IMG/VR virus record: IMGVR_UViG_3300002026_000001
Coordinates: 68,837 to 132,836 of that record
Direction: 5' to 3' (one strand)
Length of the DNA stretch: 64,000 bases
Origin: a virus
Shown here: piece after piece, positions 9,470 through 19,877 of the stretch
How the letters are laid out: each line of letters opens with the position of its first letter
Position numbering within the stretch: position 1 is the stretch's first letter
Notes under the pieces: generated by a model
Told to the model about the DNA's origin: nothing
Seen by the model: the letters and a program-made list of their open reading frames with translations, nothing else
Database searches by the model: none
Position numbers and translations under genes: made by a program

Positions 9470-9960
9470 ACCACCGCCCTGTTAGCTACCTTTTGACCAT
9501 GAAGTAGGACACGAACGGTGTCACTGGTCATTGTGACAATGTGTGTTATGTCTTTCACTGTCATCCACATCGTCTTCAGCAACGACTCCGGGTAGCTGAG
9601 TGGCAGTGTATAGTTTGCACCGAAACGCAACCTACACGGGTCGATCACCATCTGACCGACCATAACGATCCCGTGTGTTGCTTTCGATAACGAGAGTTCA
9701 ATGAGTTCGTCGGCAGCATCATCACCGAGATTGAACTTTGCTCCCGTGCATTCAAAGACTTTGCAGTCAACGTCCTTGGCCCTCAGATGCTTGAACAGCT
9801 TTTTAACCAGATTCGGGTACGAATCATTGGCGTCCTTGGCCGACAACGTAGCGTGTCGTGCAACATTGTCGGCCATTAGAAAGCTGTTTACTTCTTTTGC
9901 AATGCTTGAGCTTTCGGACGTTAGCATCATCGCCCCAAAGTCTGTAATCAAAATTCTCAT
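9466..9960 (-). CDS. Hypothetical protein
   Basis: 164-aa ORF coupled to the portal stop codon. Confidence 0.55.
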   Translation of the reverse strand: MRILITDFGAMMLTSESSSIAKEVNSFLMADNVARHATLSAKDANDSYPNLVKKLFKHLRAKDVDCKVFECTGAKFNLGDDAADELIELSLSKATHGIVMVGQMVIDPCRLRFGANYTLPLSYPESLLKTMWMTVKDITHIVTMTSDTVRVLLHGQKVANRAVV

Positions 9961-12900
9961 CTATCTCTCCGGTCACGGTTGCGCAATGTCCGAACTATTG
10001 CCTCGTTTGCCTTGCGTTCATACGCTGCACGATTGTGAATAACTTTCTTCTTACCAGTCTTTGTTGTTGCATAGGGTTCAATTCTGGAGAAGTCTCGACT
10101 TAGGATAGGAACGCGACCACCACGTTCTGCAAGTACTGATGAACGTATCTTTCCAGTTGGATCGGCAGCAGCCAACGCAACAAGTTGATTCGCGGCCATC
10201 ACGTCTTGTGCAGACGACTCACTCTCTTCACCGGCAGCAGGTTTCGGAGCCAATGCGGTAATCTTCTTCAGGTACTCTGCGACACGCTTGCGCATGTCAA
10301 TATCTTCGTCTTGCTGGCGAACAAGTGTGTCAATGTCCATGCCACCGGCAGCAGCCAACATACGAAGTGGAACCGGGATTCCCTTCTCAGTCATCCCGTT
10401 AAGCATTTCCATATAAGCAGTGTCGCCTTCGGGTTTCAGTTGCTTGTTCCAATGGACGCTTGGCACAAACAACTTGCTGCTATCGTTGAGTTGCTGCAAT
10501 GCTTCTTCGCTCGTAACCTGCGATACGAGGTTTTCTTGAATTGACAGACGGCCGTTCTTAGTCGTGAACCCATTGATGAGTGAAATCAGCGGGAACAGCT
10601 TGTTGTAGAACAGCTTTCGCGTCATCATGTCGCGGAACGTGCGGATCGTGTCCAAGAATACAGACAGGGCTGCATCGCCGGTTGAGTAGTTTGCGTCGCC
10701 GGAATTATGGACAACGTACCCATTGGCGACGAATGCTGGAACCTTACCGGGTTCGATGCTTAGGTCGTACACGTGCTCGACACCGTCGTCCTCAACAGAC
10801 ACAACAGGGTCAAACACGTACCTAAGTTTGAACAAGTCTCGGATGTTTTCAAACATGTCGTCACTAATATCCTGAACGACATATAAGAAGTCGTCAACCA
10901 GACCCTTCTCTATGGAGTGGTATGGAAGAATCCCATTCCGAGGGTTTGATATTGATCCAACGACGCTTGTCACCCGACCTGCAAACTTCTCAACTAGCAC
11001 GTCTTCACCGGCGTCATTCTTAAACCACGCACCAACGTTTGGCTCAAACTTGATAAACCGTTGTTGGAACATTTCAGAGATCGCACGAGTCGGTATACCA
11101 GAGCAACGACCGTGTGCAGAAACCACGTCGAAGAACACGTCACTCTTGTATCCAACCATGTACGGTTGAAGGCCAAAGTACAGGTCAGACGCAACGCTCG
11201 GGCGAACATAGAGCCGCTTGTCTCGGACAATAGACTGGTATCCAAGATCAGCAAGAATGATCTTAGCCTGACTCAGCAGGTTTTTACTCCTGCTGCACAG
11301 GATGATTTCTATTGACGTTCCGTTGCCCAACACTTTCTGTTTGATGCTGCCGTCGCCTTCAATGAATCCTGCAAGGAACGCCAAACGTTGTTCAACGCCA
11401 CTAGACAAGATTGAATGCGGGACTTGCTTGTTGTAAGACGGGTATTTACCGTTCTCACCCCAAAGGTCCACGGAAAAGTCAACCCCAAGTTGTTGCAGAG
11501 TGTCGCACAAAACAACGCTACTAACGGACATGTCCGTCGTCGCAACATTTGAATTGCAAACTCGTCCATTTATACATAGGGCGTCTTCACCAGCCGCTTC
11601 GTACTTTGTTTCTGAGACGTGGACTCCCAAACCTTCAAGAATAGACTTGGCCTTTCCAAGCAACGCGGCCTCACTGTTGCTTATGCGGACACGGTTTTTG
11701 TCAACACACCCTTCCGCTAGGATCAGTCCAAGCAACCAAGCAAGGTCGGTCGTCATCTTGTCCGGAACCGTTATGATTGCCGAACTGTTGTCCATCCTAC
11801 TTTTAACGTACTGAGGTAAATCTAGCGGCTGGTTTACAACGTCAGTCCTTGTCAGATCACCGCATAGAAAGTCGGTGGTTGAAAGCTTGCCAACCTTTTT
11901 CCACACCAGATTTAAGGTGCGCCCCAACGTTAGGACTTTGTGCTTTTTGGTCCCACGAACATAGCCGCCGCTCGCGGTTGTGACTTTTGAGACTTTTGAC
12001 TTTCCACGGTAGTACCACTTCTTGGCTCGAACAAGTTCGTTGTCAAACCCACGGACTGGAATGTCAATGTCAAAGCCTTCGTCTTTCTTCAGTCCATTTC
12101 GACTGCATATCTCGTCAAGACGTTGTAAGCCGGTTTCAGTTGGGACCAGCATGTCACCAGTCAAACACAAGAACGCTTCGCTGATACCCAATGCGCGTAG
12201 TTTGTGGTTCAGGACTGAATCATTAAAGTCTGTCGACTTCCAAAACTCACCGCCTTGTCGAATCTCTTCAACTGACACACCCATGCGCGTTGCAATGATC
12301 GCACCAAGCGGATCGCTGTCTGCACCTTGAAAAAGTTCAGTGATAAATTCCATGTCTTGCACAGAAGGAATCCACTGATCACCATCACCAAGTGTGACGT
12401 GCATGATGCCACGCTGACGTCTTGCGCTTTCAACCAGCGTACCACGGAACAGATTCTTCTCAATCAAATAGATCGGAAGAATCCGACGCAAGTAACTGGT
12501 GCCAGTGTCGTTTGCAGAAAACGTGCGACGTGGAATGAAGATTGTCGACAGTGGATCAAGCTCCATCGACCCTTTCATTATCGCATTGACGACAGACGGG
12601 CCAAGGTGTTCACGAATACGCTTGATGCGTGGACTGTCCGTCCGGCCCATAATGTCAATGACCGACTTCTGAAACGTGACGTTGATGATAGGGTCTTGAC
12701 TGTAGAATGGCAGTGGTTCAATTGTCAGCGAGTCAATCGGGTGCGGGAGCACGTCCGTGAATGTGCGCTTCTCTTTGTTGTACAGCAAACTAGAACAATG
12801 CTTGCCCATCACCAAATAGTCGACGGACATTTCTGGAAGAAGTGTTCGCAGATTAAGTCGCTCTAGCACTTCCTCGTAAGCGTGGTGGACTTTACGCAAG

Positions 12901-13277
12901 TCACCACGCTGTGTTGCAAGGCCACCCAAACTGAATTCGCTAAACGGCAGCGACGAAATCAAATCGACTGCACAACCCGCAACAGATTCGTTGAAGTAAA
13001 TGTCTTTATAGACAATGTGCAAAGCCCGTTCCGTCTGCGGAGTCAAACCCATCAACATCGGATCGACGTCAATAGTGATTGCGTTTCCCGCTACCGTTCC
13101 ATTGGGCGTACCGGACATCTGCATAGCGACGTTTGACTGTGATGACCAACGGTCAGACGTTTCTGTTGCGTTGTCGAGTTTTCTTGAGTTCGTGCCTAGC
13201 GATGAATTTTGTAATGGCTTGCTTGATTGTCTCACTGCGCTTATAGCGGAGTAGCCGCTTTTTGACACTTTAAACAT
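9957..13277 (-). CDS. Probable portal protein precursor containing an intein (spliced product ~618 aa)
   Basis: Lies just downstream of the large terminase. The spliced junction ALGISEAFL|SGDANYST resembles the portal 'algvp..l....n.s' segment. Intein motifs are unambiguous. Confidence 0.7.
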   Translation of the reverse strand: MFKVSKSGYSAISAVRQSSKPLQNSSLGTNSRKLDNATETSDRWSSQSNVAMQMSGTPNGTVAGNAITIDVDPMLMGLTPQTERALHIVYKDIYFNESVAGCAVDLISSLPFSEFSLGGLATQRGDLRKVHHAYEEVLERLNLRTLLPEMSVDYLVMGKHCSSLLYNKEKRTFTDVLPHPIDSLTIEPLPFYSQDPIINVTFQKSVIDIMGRTDSPRIKRIREHLGPSVVNAIMKGSMELDPLSTIFIPRRTFSANDTGTSYLRRILPIYLIEKNLFRGTLVESARRQRGIMHVTLGDGDQWIPSVQDMEFITELFQGADSDPLGAIIATRMGVSVEEIRQGGEFWKSTDFNDSVLNHKLRALGISEAFLCLTGDMLVPTETGLQRLDEICSRNGLKKDEGFDIDIPVRGFDNELVRAKKWYYRGKSKVSKVTTASGGYVRGTKKHKVLTLGRTLNLVWKKVGKLSTTDFLCGDLTRTDVVNQPLDLPQYVKSRMDNSSAIITVPDKMTTDLAWLLGLILAEGCVDKNRVRISNSEAALLGKAKSILEGLGVHVSETKYEAAGEDALCINGRVCNSNVATTDMSVSSVVLCDTLQQLGVDFSVDLWGENGKYPSYNKQVPHSILSSGVEQRLAFLAGFIEGDGSIKQKVLGNGTSIEIILCSRSKNLLSQAKIILADLGYQSIVRDKRLYVRPSVASDLYFGLQPYMVGYKSDVFFDVVSAHGRCSGIPTRAISEMFQQRFIKFEPNVGAWFKNDAGEDVLVEKFAGRVTSVVGSISNPRNGILPYHSIEKGLVDDFLYVVQDISDDMFENIRDLFKLRYVFDPVVSVEDDGVEHVYDLSIEPGKVPAFVANGYVVHNSGDANYSTGDAALSVFLDTIRTFRDMMTRKLFYNKLFPLISLINGFTTKNGRLSIQENLVSQVTSEEALQQLNDSSKLFVPSVHWNKQLKPEGDTAYMEMLNGMTEKGIPVPLRMLAAAGGMDIDTLVRQQDEDIDMRKRVAEYLKKITALAPKPAAGEESESSAQDVMAANQLVALAAADPTGKIRSSVLAERGGRVPILSRDFSRIEPYATTKTGKKKVIHNRAAYERKANEAIVRTLRNRDRRDR
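10704..12167 (-). mobile_element. Intein (488 aa) with a LAGLIDADG homing endonuclease
   Basis: Starts CLTGDMLV (Cys at 12167); block B GTKKHKVL; LAGLIDADG helices LAWLLGLILAEG and LAFLAGFIEGDG; ends VYDLSI..FVANGYVVHN, followed by Ser+1. Confidence 0.95.
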
Positions 13278-13286
13278 GATGCGTCC

Positions 13287-13490
13287 TCAAGCTGGAATGG
13301 GCTGGCTAACTCGGCAATTGACACAGTAGTAAACTTGCGCACCTTCAACGGTGGCGGTGCCAAACGGATTCTTACATTTTGGACAGACACCTTGAACGTC
13401 ATTCATTAAAGATGATTCTGACGTCAACGGATGCTCTGCTTGGTCCTGTTCAAAAGACTTTGCATTTGTCAATGGGTTGAAAATTGTCAT
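13287..13490 (-). CDS. Small zinc-ribbon protein
   Basis: CPKC...CVNC; good SD (AGGAG). Confidence 0.65.
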   Translation of the reverse strand: MTIFNPLTNAKSFEQDQAEHPLTSESSLMNDVQGVCPKCKNPFGTATVEGAQVYYCVNCRVSQPIPA

Positions 13491-13528
13491 GGTCGGTACA
13501 CTCCTAGATGTTCGATTTTAAATTAGCG

Positions 13529-15709
13529 TCAACCGCCACGTTGACGCAGTATCCCGATTGACGATGCTTGTCCACCGCCACCGCTGTTCTTGCTACTTCC
13601 GCCACCACTGTAATTCCGTGACACGATCATTGTTGAAACGTCGTATTGCTGAGTGACAGCTTCTTCTGGACCTGAGAACAATTCAGCATTTGCTTCGTCA
13701 ATCAACATGCGGAAGCATAGCATGACCGCACGCGCAATATCGTCTGTCAACTCATCGCCTTTGATGACTGCTGATCCAGTATCTTGGACAGTCAACAATT
13801 GCAAGACCAAGTGATCTGCCGGTGTTTTCTTGAAGCATTCAGGATAGTCGCTGTGAATGTACTCAAGGATTTCTTTGACCGGCTTGGTGGGAAGCGGCAA
13901 TTGGACTTGCTTGTCTTCAATGTATGACTTGAAGAGTTGCATGTCCGCGTACTTCAAACTGTATTGCTGCTTTACGATTCCAAACTCTTGCTCCATGTCG
14001 GCAAGCACTTTGAGACTGTTCCATCGGTCGGCACAAGCAAACACAATGTTGCGGTGTGTGATAATGTCGGTCAGCAACTCACTGTACATCTTACTGTGGT
14101 TGATGCGTATACCGGGTTGCGGCATGACTTCACCAACGACAGATATTGTCGGGTAACCGTTTGGACTCAGGTGACCAACTGCAAATGCAAAGCTGTTGCC
14201 GGAGTAACCAGCATCAAGTGCAAGACACGAACGTTTTCCAGACCGTGTGATGTCTGCCAACTCTGCATACAATTCAGAGTTGGATTTATCACGAGCCTTT
14301 AGATATTTGTACGTCAGCTTCAGACTGTTCTTACGCTTTGAGAACACTGCTTCAATCTTTTCAGGTGATGCAATGAACGGACTGTTCGTCAACGGAGGCT
14401 GCGCACCATAATCTCGCATCGCCGCAATCGGGTCTTTCTTAAACTCTTCTGCAAGTGCTGACTTTGGAACCTTTGGATTCATGCGCCACGTCGGTTCGTT
14501 CAAACCAAGAATGCGTTTTGATCCTTGTGCCTTGCTGACAAGTTCCATGATCTTGTCACGCATTGACGACGGCGACGAAATGTTGATGAAGTAGGCAAAT
14601 GGAACATTGTAGAACCCACGCTTGATGACGTCTCTAGCGGCAGCACGAATGGTGAGCAACGAGCGTTCGAGAGCGATGTACACTTCGTTCGCGTTCATCT
14701 TGATGTTCTTTGCTGCCTCGGCGCTGTTCGGAAACCAACCTAGTTCGTCGATGCCAGCCATATATCTGGTACGCCCACGTAGTACTCTTTTGTCTGGACC
14801 AGCGGGGTATATGGCAATGTTGCGGTGGCGATATTGCACAAACGTGTCTTTCAGCTTGTACACTTCCTCACCATGCTTGTTGCCAACCATATCCAGCATG
14901 TCGTGATACGCGGAGAACCACGGGCTGTCCAGCAAGTTGCCATAGAACGGATCGTACAACGTGTCCTTGGCCTGTGCATAGGTCAATGCAACAAACGTCC
15001 CTTGTAGCACCGACGCTTTAAGAACACCGTACACTTCGTTCGGTCGTTCAAGCTTGATAAGTCGGTGCGTCAAGTACGAACCCATCATACCAACAAGAGC
15101 GGATTTACCAGAACGCTGTCCGGCGCTCAGTGCAATTTCGTAGTACGGATTCAGTTGACCAGTTTTGAAGAAGTGACGTTTGGTCTTCTGGCAATGGGGA
15201 CACTTACCGTGTTCCAGCAGTGCGACCTTATTGACAAACTTTGCCAGCGAGTCGTTCACCTTCCACCCATGTTCCACCCATTCGACGTCTGAACAGTCTG
15301 GACAGTACTCTGAGAATAGCCGTGTTCCGATCAGTGCTTGAGCAACGAACGGCTTTTGATTGAGAAACTCGTCAGAAACACACCACGTGTAAAAGTTTGG
15401 TGCTTCCTTGAAGTCGCCTTCTGGAATCTTGATGTCTGGACTGACAATGCGCTTATCGTTCAGCACCGCTTTGATTGTTTCAAACACGTCGAACCCGCCA
15501 AGAAGCTCATACGGGTCGGAAAGTTTGGGTAGATTTTTCTTGGGCGTAAACGACGCAAAAGGCAGATCGAGAGCTTGGCTCAAGATGTCTGCCTCTTGCA
15601 TGGATGATTGCTTTGTTCGTTTGTATCTGCTGCACACAAATATCACTGACTTGTGTGGGTCTTTACAAGCAGTGAAGTTGTGACAGCTTAAACAATTGTG
15701 GTTGGACAT
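13529..15709 (-). CDS. terL: Terminase large subunit
   Basis: Walker A GQRSGKS, Walker B AGIDE, coupling-motif region ISSP, RNase H-like nuclease LALDAG...FA and C-terminal DDIAR. Confidence 0.9.
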   Translation of the reverse strand: MSNHNCLSCHNFTACKDPHKSVIFVCSRYKRTKQSSMQEADILSQALDLPFASFTPKKNLPKLSDPYELLGGFDVFETIKAVLNDKRIVSPDIKIPEGDFKEAPNFYTWCVSDEFLNQKPFVAQALIGTRLFSEYCPDCSDVEWVEHGWKVNDSLAKFVNKVALLEHGKCPHCQKTKRHFFKTGQLNPYYEIALSAGQRSGKSALVGMMGSYLTHRLIKLERPNEVYGVLKASVLQGTFVALTYAQAKDTLYDPFYGNLLDSPWFSAYHDMLDMVGNKHGEEVYKLKDTFVQYRHRNIAIYPAGPDKRVLRGRTRYMAGIDELGWFPNSAEAAKNIKMNANEVYIALERSLLTIRAAARDVIKRGFYNVPFAYFINISSPSSMRDKIMELVSKAQGSKRILGLNEPTWRMNPKVPKSALAEEFKKDPIAAMRDYGAQPPLTNSPFIASPEKIEAVFSKRKNSLKLTYKYLKARDKSNSELYAELADITRSGKRSCLALDAGYSGNSFAFAVGHLSPNGYPTISVVGEVMPQPGIRINHSKMYSELLTDIITHRNIVFACADRWNSLKVLADMEQEFGIVKQQYSLKYADMQLFKSYIEDKQVQLPLPTKPVKEILEYIHSDYPECFKKTPADHLVLQLLTVQDTGSAVIKGDELTDDIARAVMLCFRMLIDEANAELFSGPEEAVTQQYDVSTMIVSRNYSGGGSSKNSGGGGQASSIGILRQRGG

Positions 15710-15819
15710 GACGTCCTCCGGTTCTTACATCTTGAGGTACTTCAAAACCATTGCCAGAAGTACCCCGACCACTGTTGACTTCAACAGAATTTTTGACGCG
15801 TCCTTGATTCGAGCCTTGT

Positions 15820-16476
15820 TCATCTTGGTTTCCGTTTGCGTTTAATTGCGGCGGTTGGACCCGCGCTTTGTTCGGGCTTCTCGTTCGTGTGCGTGGTCAT
15901 CTTGTTGGCTTTTCTTTCGTACACGACGGCTTGTAGTTCTCGCATCTGCTGTTGGTGCGTCTGGACCTTGTTCGTTTCAATCAACTTCAAAACAGCTTGT
16001 TCAGCAAGCTTGTCAGAGAAGTGGTTGACAAACCTTTTCTTGACTGACACAGGCAACCTGCTGTGCTTGACGAAGTGCATCACGACATTGAGATACCCGA
16101 CGAAGTCGACGCAATCACGAAGACCGCCGTCAAAGTCGATTTCAATGTCTAGACCTTCCTTCAGTGCGGCACGGGCGTACCCGGTGCTTGTTTCATAGGA
16201 CAGGAGAAGTGGAAGTAAGTGGCGAAGGAAAAGCTGATTCAACCGACTAGTATCCTTCTCCATAGTCGCTGCGACCATGCTCAACACATTCTTTGGAACG
16301 TTGACCACGTTTGCGTACTCAACTCCATCTGGTGCAGCGTCCCGACTTGTAGAAACACGCATGGGTGGAATTGAACGTGGTCGTGCACGCTTTAACGATG
16401 GCGCTGCACGGGGGTTGCGCACTTCCATGTTGTCCAGTGCATCGTCAACCATACCAAAGATTTCATCTGTTCTCAT
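15820..16476 (-). CDS. Hypothetical protein upstream of terL
   Basis: 218-aa ORF; no motif recognised. Confidence 0.55.
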   Translation of the reverse strand: MRTDEIFGMVDDALDNMEVRNPRAAPSLKRARPRSIPPMRVSTSRDAAPDGVEYANVVNVPKNVLSMVAATMEKDTSRLNQLFLRHLLPLLLSYETSTGYARAALKEGLDIEIDFDGGLRDCVDFVGYLNVVMHFVKHSRLPVSVKKRFVNHFSDKLAEQAVLKLIETNKVQTHQQQMRELQAVVYERKANKMTTHTNEKPEQSAGPTAAIKRKRKPR

Positions 16477-16489
16477 TTTGTTTATCCGT

Positions 16490-16987
16490 TCAGTCTAGGT
16501 AAATGCGTTGACGCCTATTTGTGCGTTTTGAAATATCTGCTGCACGCCAAGCCATGCGCGTTGCGATCATCTTCTGCACTGGGCCTGACAGTGGTTTCCA
16601 CTTGGCAGGAAGACGACTACGAAGGTAGCCAGTCTTTTTATCCAAGATCAAGACTCCACAACCAAGCTCTTTGAAACGAACGAAATGCCGCTCTAAGGCG
16701 GCACTCGTTTCTTCAGTGAAGACGAAGTAGAACCTATTGCACACTTGTAAGTACTCCAGCCACTTACCTTTCTTGTCGTCAGTGCTGAAGTCTGAAACGC
16801 ATGACTTTATCTCACAAACGATTATCTCAGTCTTCAGGTTGATTGCAATAATGTCGGCTCTGTACTTACCCCACTTCACAATACCTAGTTCGTGGTGACA
16901 CGCAAAGCCTTTCTTCAACCAATAACTGTCGGCTGCTTTACGCAACCCAAGTGCTACTTCTTTGCGCGTCGCCATGACTACCACCAA
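16490..16987 (-). CDS. MmcB-family PD-(D/E)XK nuclease
   Basis: RADIIA...IVCEIKSCVSDFSTD.KW.EY...C.RFYF pattern. Confidence 0.75.
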   Translation of the reverse strand: MVVVMATRKEVALGLRKAADSYWLKKGFACHHELGIVKWGKYRADIIAINLKTEIIVCEIKSCVSDFSTDDKKGKWLEYLQVCNRFYFVFTEETSAALERHFVRFKELGCGVLILDKKTGYLRSRLPAKWKPLSGPVQKMIATRMAWRAADISKRTNRRQRIYLD

Positions 16988-17125
16988 GATATTGAAAGCT
17001 GTTCGGCCAACTCAACGAGTTTGAACACACCGGCCCAACATAAAACAATAGCCACGACTAAACCAACAAAATCAACCGCTGTCATTGGTGGGTCTTCACC
17101 CTCCGAAACTCCCTTATACATTTCA

Positions 17126-17528
17126 TCACCTGTGTAAATTGTTTTGAATAGCCTGTCCAAGCATGTACATTTCAGAACTAAAACGTGCATTCAGCGTGTC
17201 TAAAACTACCTTTCCTATCCCGGCCTTGACAACATCTTGAACCATATTGTTTATGGTCTCTGCGTTATCCTTGAAGTGCTGCTTGACGGCTTCATCGACA
17301 GCATCCTTCAGAAGATTACGAACCAAGACAGTTATGAAAGGCTCGGCAGCAGTTGCGGGTGCTCCATAACGATCAAGCTCTTTACGTCCCCTCAAAGAAA
17401 GCCTTTTGAATACCTTGTTCAACGAGACGCTTCAGTGCATCGTGGTCAATCAGATCACCAATCTGTTCCTTGATGCGGTCGGTCATCTTTTCTTCAAAGG
17501 TCTTTGCTGCTACCACGTCTGTAGTCAT
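17126..17528 (-). pseudogene. Single hypothetical gene split by a +1 frameshift
   Basis: MTTDVV...QKAFFEG ends at TAA. Deleting one G from GAGGGGACG (17388-17391) gives continuous FEGRKELDRYG into ORF 17126..17422. Confidence 0.55.
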
Positions 17529-17577
17529 TATGTCATTTCCTATTATGGTTGATCCTGTACCAAATTGGTATAAGAGG

Positions 17578-17946
17578 TTAGCACGGCGCTCCGCAGTTTG
17601 GGCAATTTGTATGAGAACTGCCAACGTGAGTTCCGCAATACTTACAGGGCGGAGTTGTCACGACAATTGTTTTTGGCTCTGGTCCATCGTCAGAGAGTGG
17701 AACCCAATTGCTATCAACGTAAACATACATCTGAGAGTTGGAGTTGTTGAAGACCAAGTCCCCGACGCACGGGTTCGTTGGGAAAACATCTATTGCTGAA
17801 AACACCAGCCGTTGATTTGTCTCGATTGAGCTTGGAACGTGCTCAACGGTTGCCGCGACTGCCGGTGAAGGAAACCCACGTGCAATCGCTGGTGCCGCAA
17901 GCAGAGACGCAAACGATTTCAACATAGAACGTCTAGAGAACTGCAT
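17578..17946 (-). CDS. Twin-arginine (Tat-like) signal protein with a C-terminal zinc ribbon
   Basis: MQFSRRSMLKSFASLLAAPAIA; CKYC...CPNC at the C-terminus. Confidence 0.55.
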   Translation of the reverse strand: MQFSRRSMLKSFASLLAAPAIARGFPSPAVAATVEHVPSSIETNQRLVFSAIDVFPTNPCVGDLVFNNSNSQMYVYVDSNWVPLSDDGPEPKTIVVTTPPCKYCGTHVGSSHTNCPNCGAPC

Positions 17947-17960
17947 TGCCCTCCTCCCAA

Positions 17961-18488
17961 TTAGCAAAATGTTGTAGAGTAATCCGCGTAGTCAAGCAAG
18001 CATCTACACGTTGTGTACGCCTTTGAATTCCCTAGGCGCGACGCATCCAGATCAATAACGAAACTGCTATGCAAGACCGCAAGCCTTTGAAACGTTCCCT
18101 CACCATAAATCCAGACATCAATGTCCCGTGGAACAGGGTTGGCCGGAGTTACTTTAACAAGCCGTCCAAGTTCGTACGTCTCTTGGATCGACATTGAAGC
18201 GGTGACTATAGAGAATTCGGACGAAGGTGCGGAAAACTGCACCATACCAATTTCAGAATTTGCGTACTCTGGTTGTGGACACAACAACGAAAATGTGTCC
18301 ACTGCTACGACGAATTCACCGAAATCGAAAACCATGCCCGGCATTACATAGTGCTCTTTGGGGAAATACGTCTTCCCCAAAAGCCCAAAAAGCTGTTCAG
18401 GATGTTGCAACTGACCAAGACTTTCAACGGGGGCCGCAGCAGGAAACCTGTTGAACATCTTTAGAAAGTCCCTTCTGTTGAATCCCAC
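17961..18488 (-). CDS. Hypothetical protein with an N-terminal RRDFLK motif
   Basis: MGFNRRDFLK; weak hydrophobic region after it. Confidence 0.5.
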   Translation of the reverse strand: MGFNRRDFLKMFNRFPAAAPVESLGQLQHPEQLFGLLGKTYFPKEHYVMPGMVFDFGEFVVAVDTFSLLCPQPEYANSEIGMVQFSAPSSEFSIVTASMSIQETYELGRLVKVTPANPVPRDIDVWIYGEGTFQRLAVLHSSFVIDLDASRLGNSKAYTTCRCLLDYADYSTTFC

Positions 18489-18496
18489 GTGACCTC

Positions 18497-19864
18497 CTAT
18501 TGTTGTCCAGTGTCATAACCTACTTCAACCTCTCCGGCTAGATCGACGTCATCCTTCTTAGAAGCTTCCTTGGCACCGCCGTCATCGGTTGCCGCCTCGG
18601 TCGCACCTTCCATGTTGTCAATAGTCATTGTTTCAAACGACTCACGCAACTCAAACGGATAAAGTTCTTGGTCACGCGCCTTCAACTGACGTATTGGCAG
18701 AGTCTTCGTCTCACGGACTTCTGGCTTGTAGTAGTTCCACGTCCATGCCGCGTCAACGTGTTCCAGAATACCCTTAGCGTACCGAATACGATCATCATCG
18801 CTATCCAACTGAGCAAGAAGAATAACAAGACAATGGTTTTCAGCACTGAAGATTTTGGCCTCTCGCGTAATAGCGGATAGCACCCTCCACTGGTCCTGCG
18901 CATCAACACCCTCCAACAAGGAAATATAGTCAATGCCGATCACCTTGTGTCCGTAAGGCTTCAGCAACGTCAACAAAGACGTGATGCTGACAGAGTGTGT
19001 CGGGCAAATGATTGAGAATTGGCAATCGTTACGTTCGCCAAACCGATGGAACCTACGCCAAGCCTTCTTGGCCTGAACTCGTTCTTCCTCCGATAGACGT
19101 TGTTTTGTAAATTTCCAGTATGGTATCTGCGTCATGCGAGAGACCATCCGTCTAGTCAACTTGCGCTCGTTCATTTCCAAAGAAACGTTTGAGCAGCTAA
19201 CCTTGTTGAGTCGATAGATGTTCATCAACAAGTTCATCAGCATCGTCGATTTACCGCCGGACGTTGTTGAAGCTAGAAGCATGACGCCTTCCGACGGGAT
19301 GCCTCCATTCTTGTTGTCGATTTCTGCATACCCGGTCTTGAGCAATACTTCATCTTCCACGCTCAAGGCGAGGTCAATAAGCTCAAGTCCGTTACCGTTC
19401 TTTCCCAACGAGTAAACTAGTTGGGAAACATCTTCTTTTGTACGTGCAGACGTTAGTGCATTGGTGACGAAGTTTAACAGTTCCTCAACTTCAACTTCCG
19501 GTGCTTTCAACTTCTCAATGATGTGCTTTGCTATGGAGTACATCGACCGAGTCTTACGGTACTCACCAAGTTTCGCAAGAACCCTCTTAGCACCTTTTAT
19601 GCTTCGGAGGGTCTTGGCGTCGCTGTCCTTCAGCAAGTCACGGTACTCTTCATTGAGACCGGGGTCTTCCAACAACTCTGTATAGTCGAGAATTACAGAC
19701 CGCTTCTTCGCAACGTTGTAGATGCGTTGAAAAGCGGCCTTGCATGGCTCGTAGTGAAAAAACGATTCATCCAGTGAACCTAACAGAAGTGCTGAAAGCT
19801 TTTCATTGGAATTGCATATGCTCCGAATAGCAATGGACTCTAACGCGGTTGAAAAGAGTTTCAT
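18497..19864 (-). CDS. dnaB: Replicative DNA helicase (DnaB-like)
   Basis: Walker A ASTTSGGKST, SLEMNE, Walker B GIDYISLL, LAQL, KARD. Confidence 0.9.
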   Translation of the reverse strand: MKLFSTALESIAIRSICNSNEKLSALLLGSLDESFFHYEPCKAAFQRIYNVAKKRSVILDYTELLEDPGLNEEYRDLLKDSDAKTLRSIKGAKRVLAKLGEYRKTRSMYSIAKHIIEKLKAPEVEVEELLNFVTNALTSARTKEDVSQLVYSLGKNGNGLELIDLALSVEDEVLLKTGYAEIDNKNGGIPSEGVMLLASTTSGGKSTMLMNLLMNIYRLNKVSCSNVSLEMNERKLTRRMVSRMTQIPYWKFTKQRLSEEERVQAKKAWRRFHRFGERNDCQFSIICPTHSVSITSLLTLLKPYGHKVIGIDYISLLEGVDAQDQWRVLSAITREAKIFSAENHCLVILLAQLDSDDDRIRYAKGILEHVDAAWTWNYYKPEVRETKTLPIRQLKARDQELYPFELRESFETMTIDNMEGATEAATDDGGAKEASKKDDVDLAGEVEVGYDTGQQ

Positions 19865-19877
19865 GCCGCCCCTCTAG

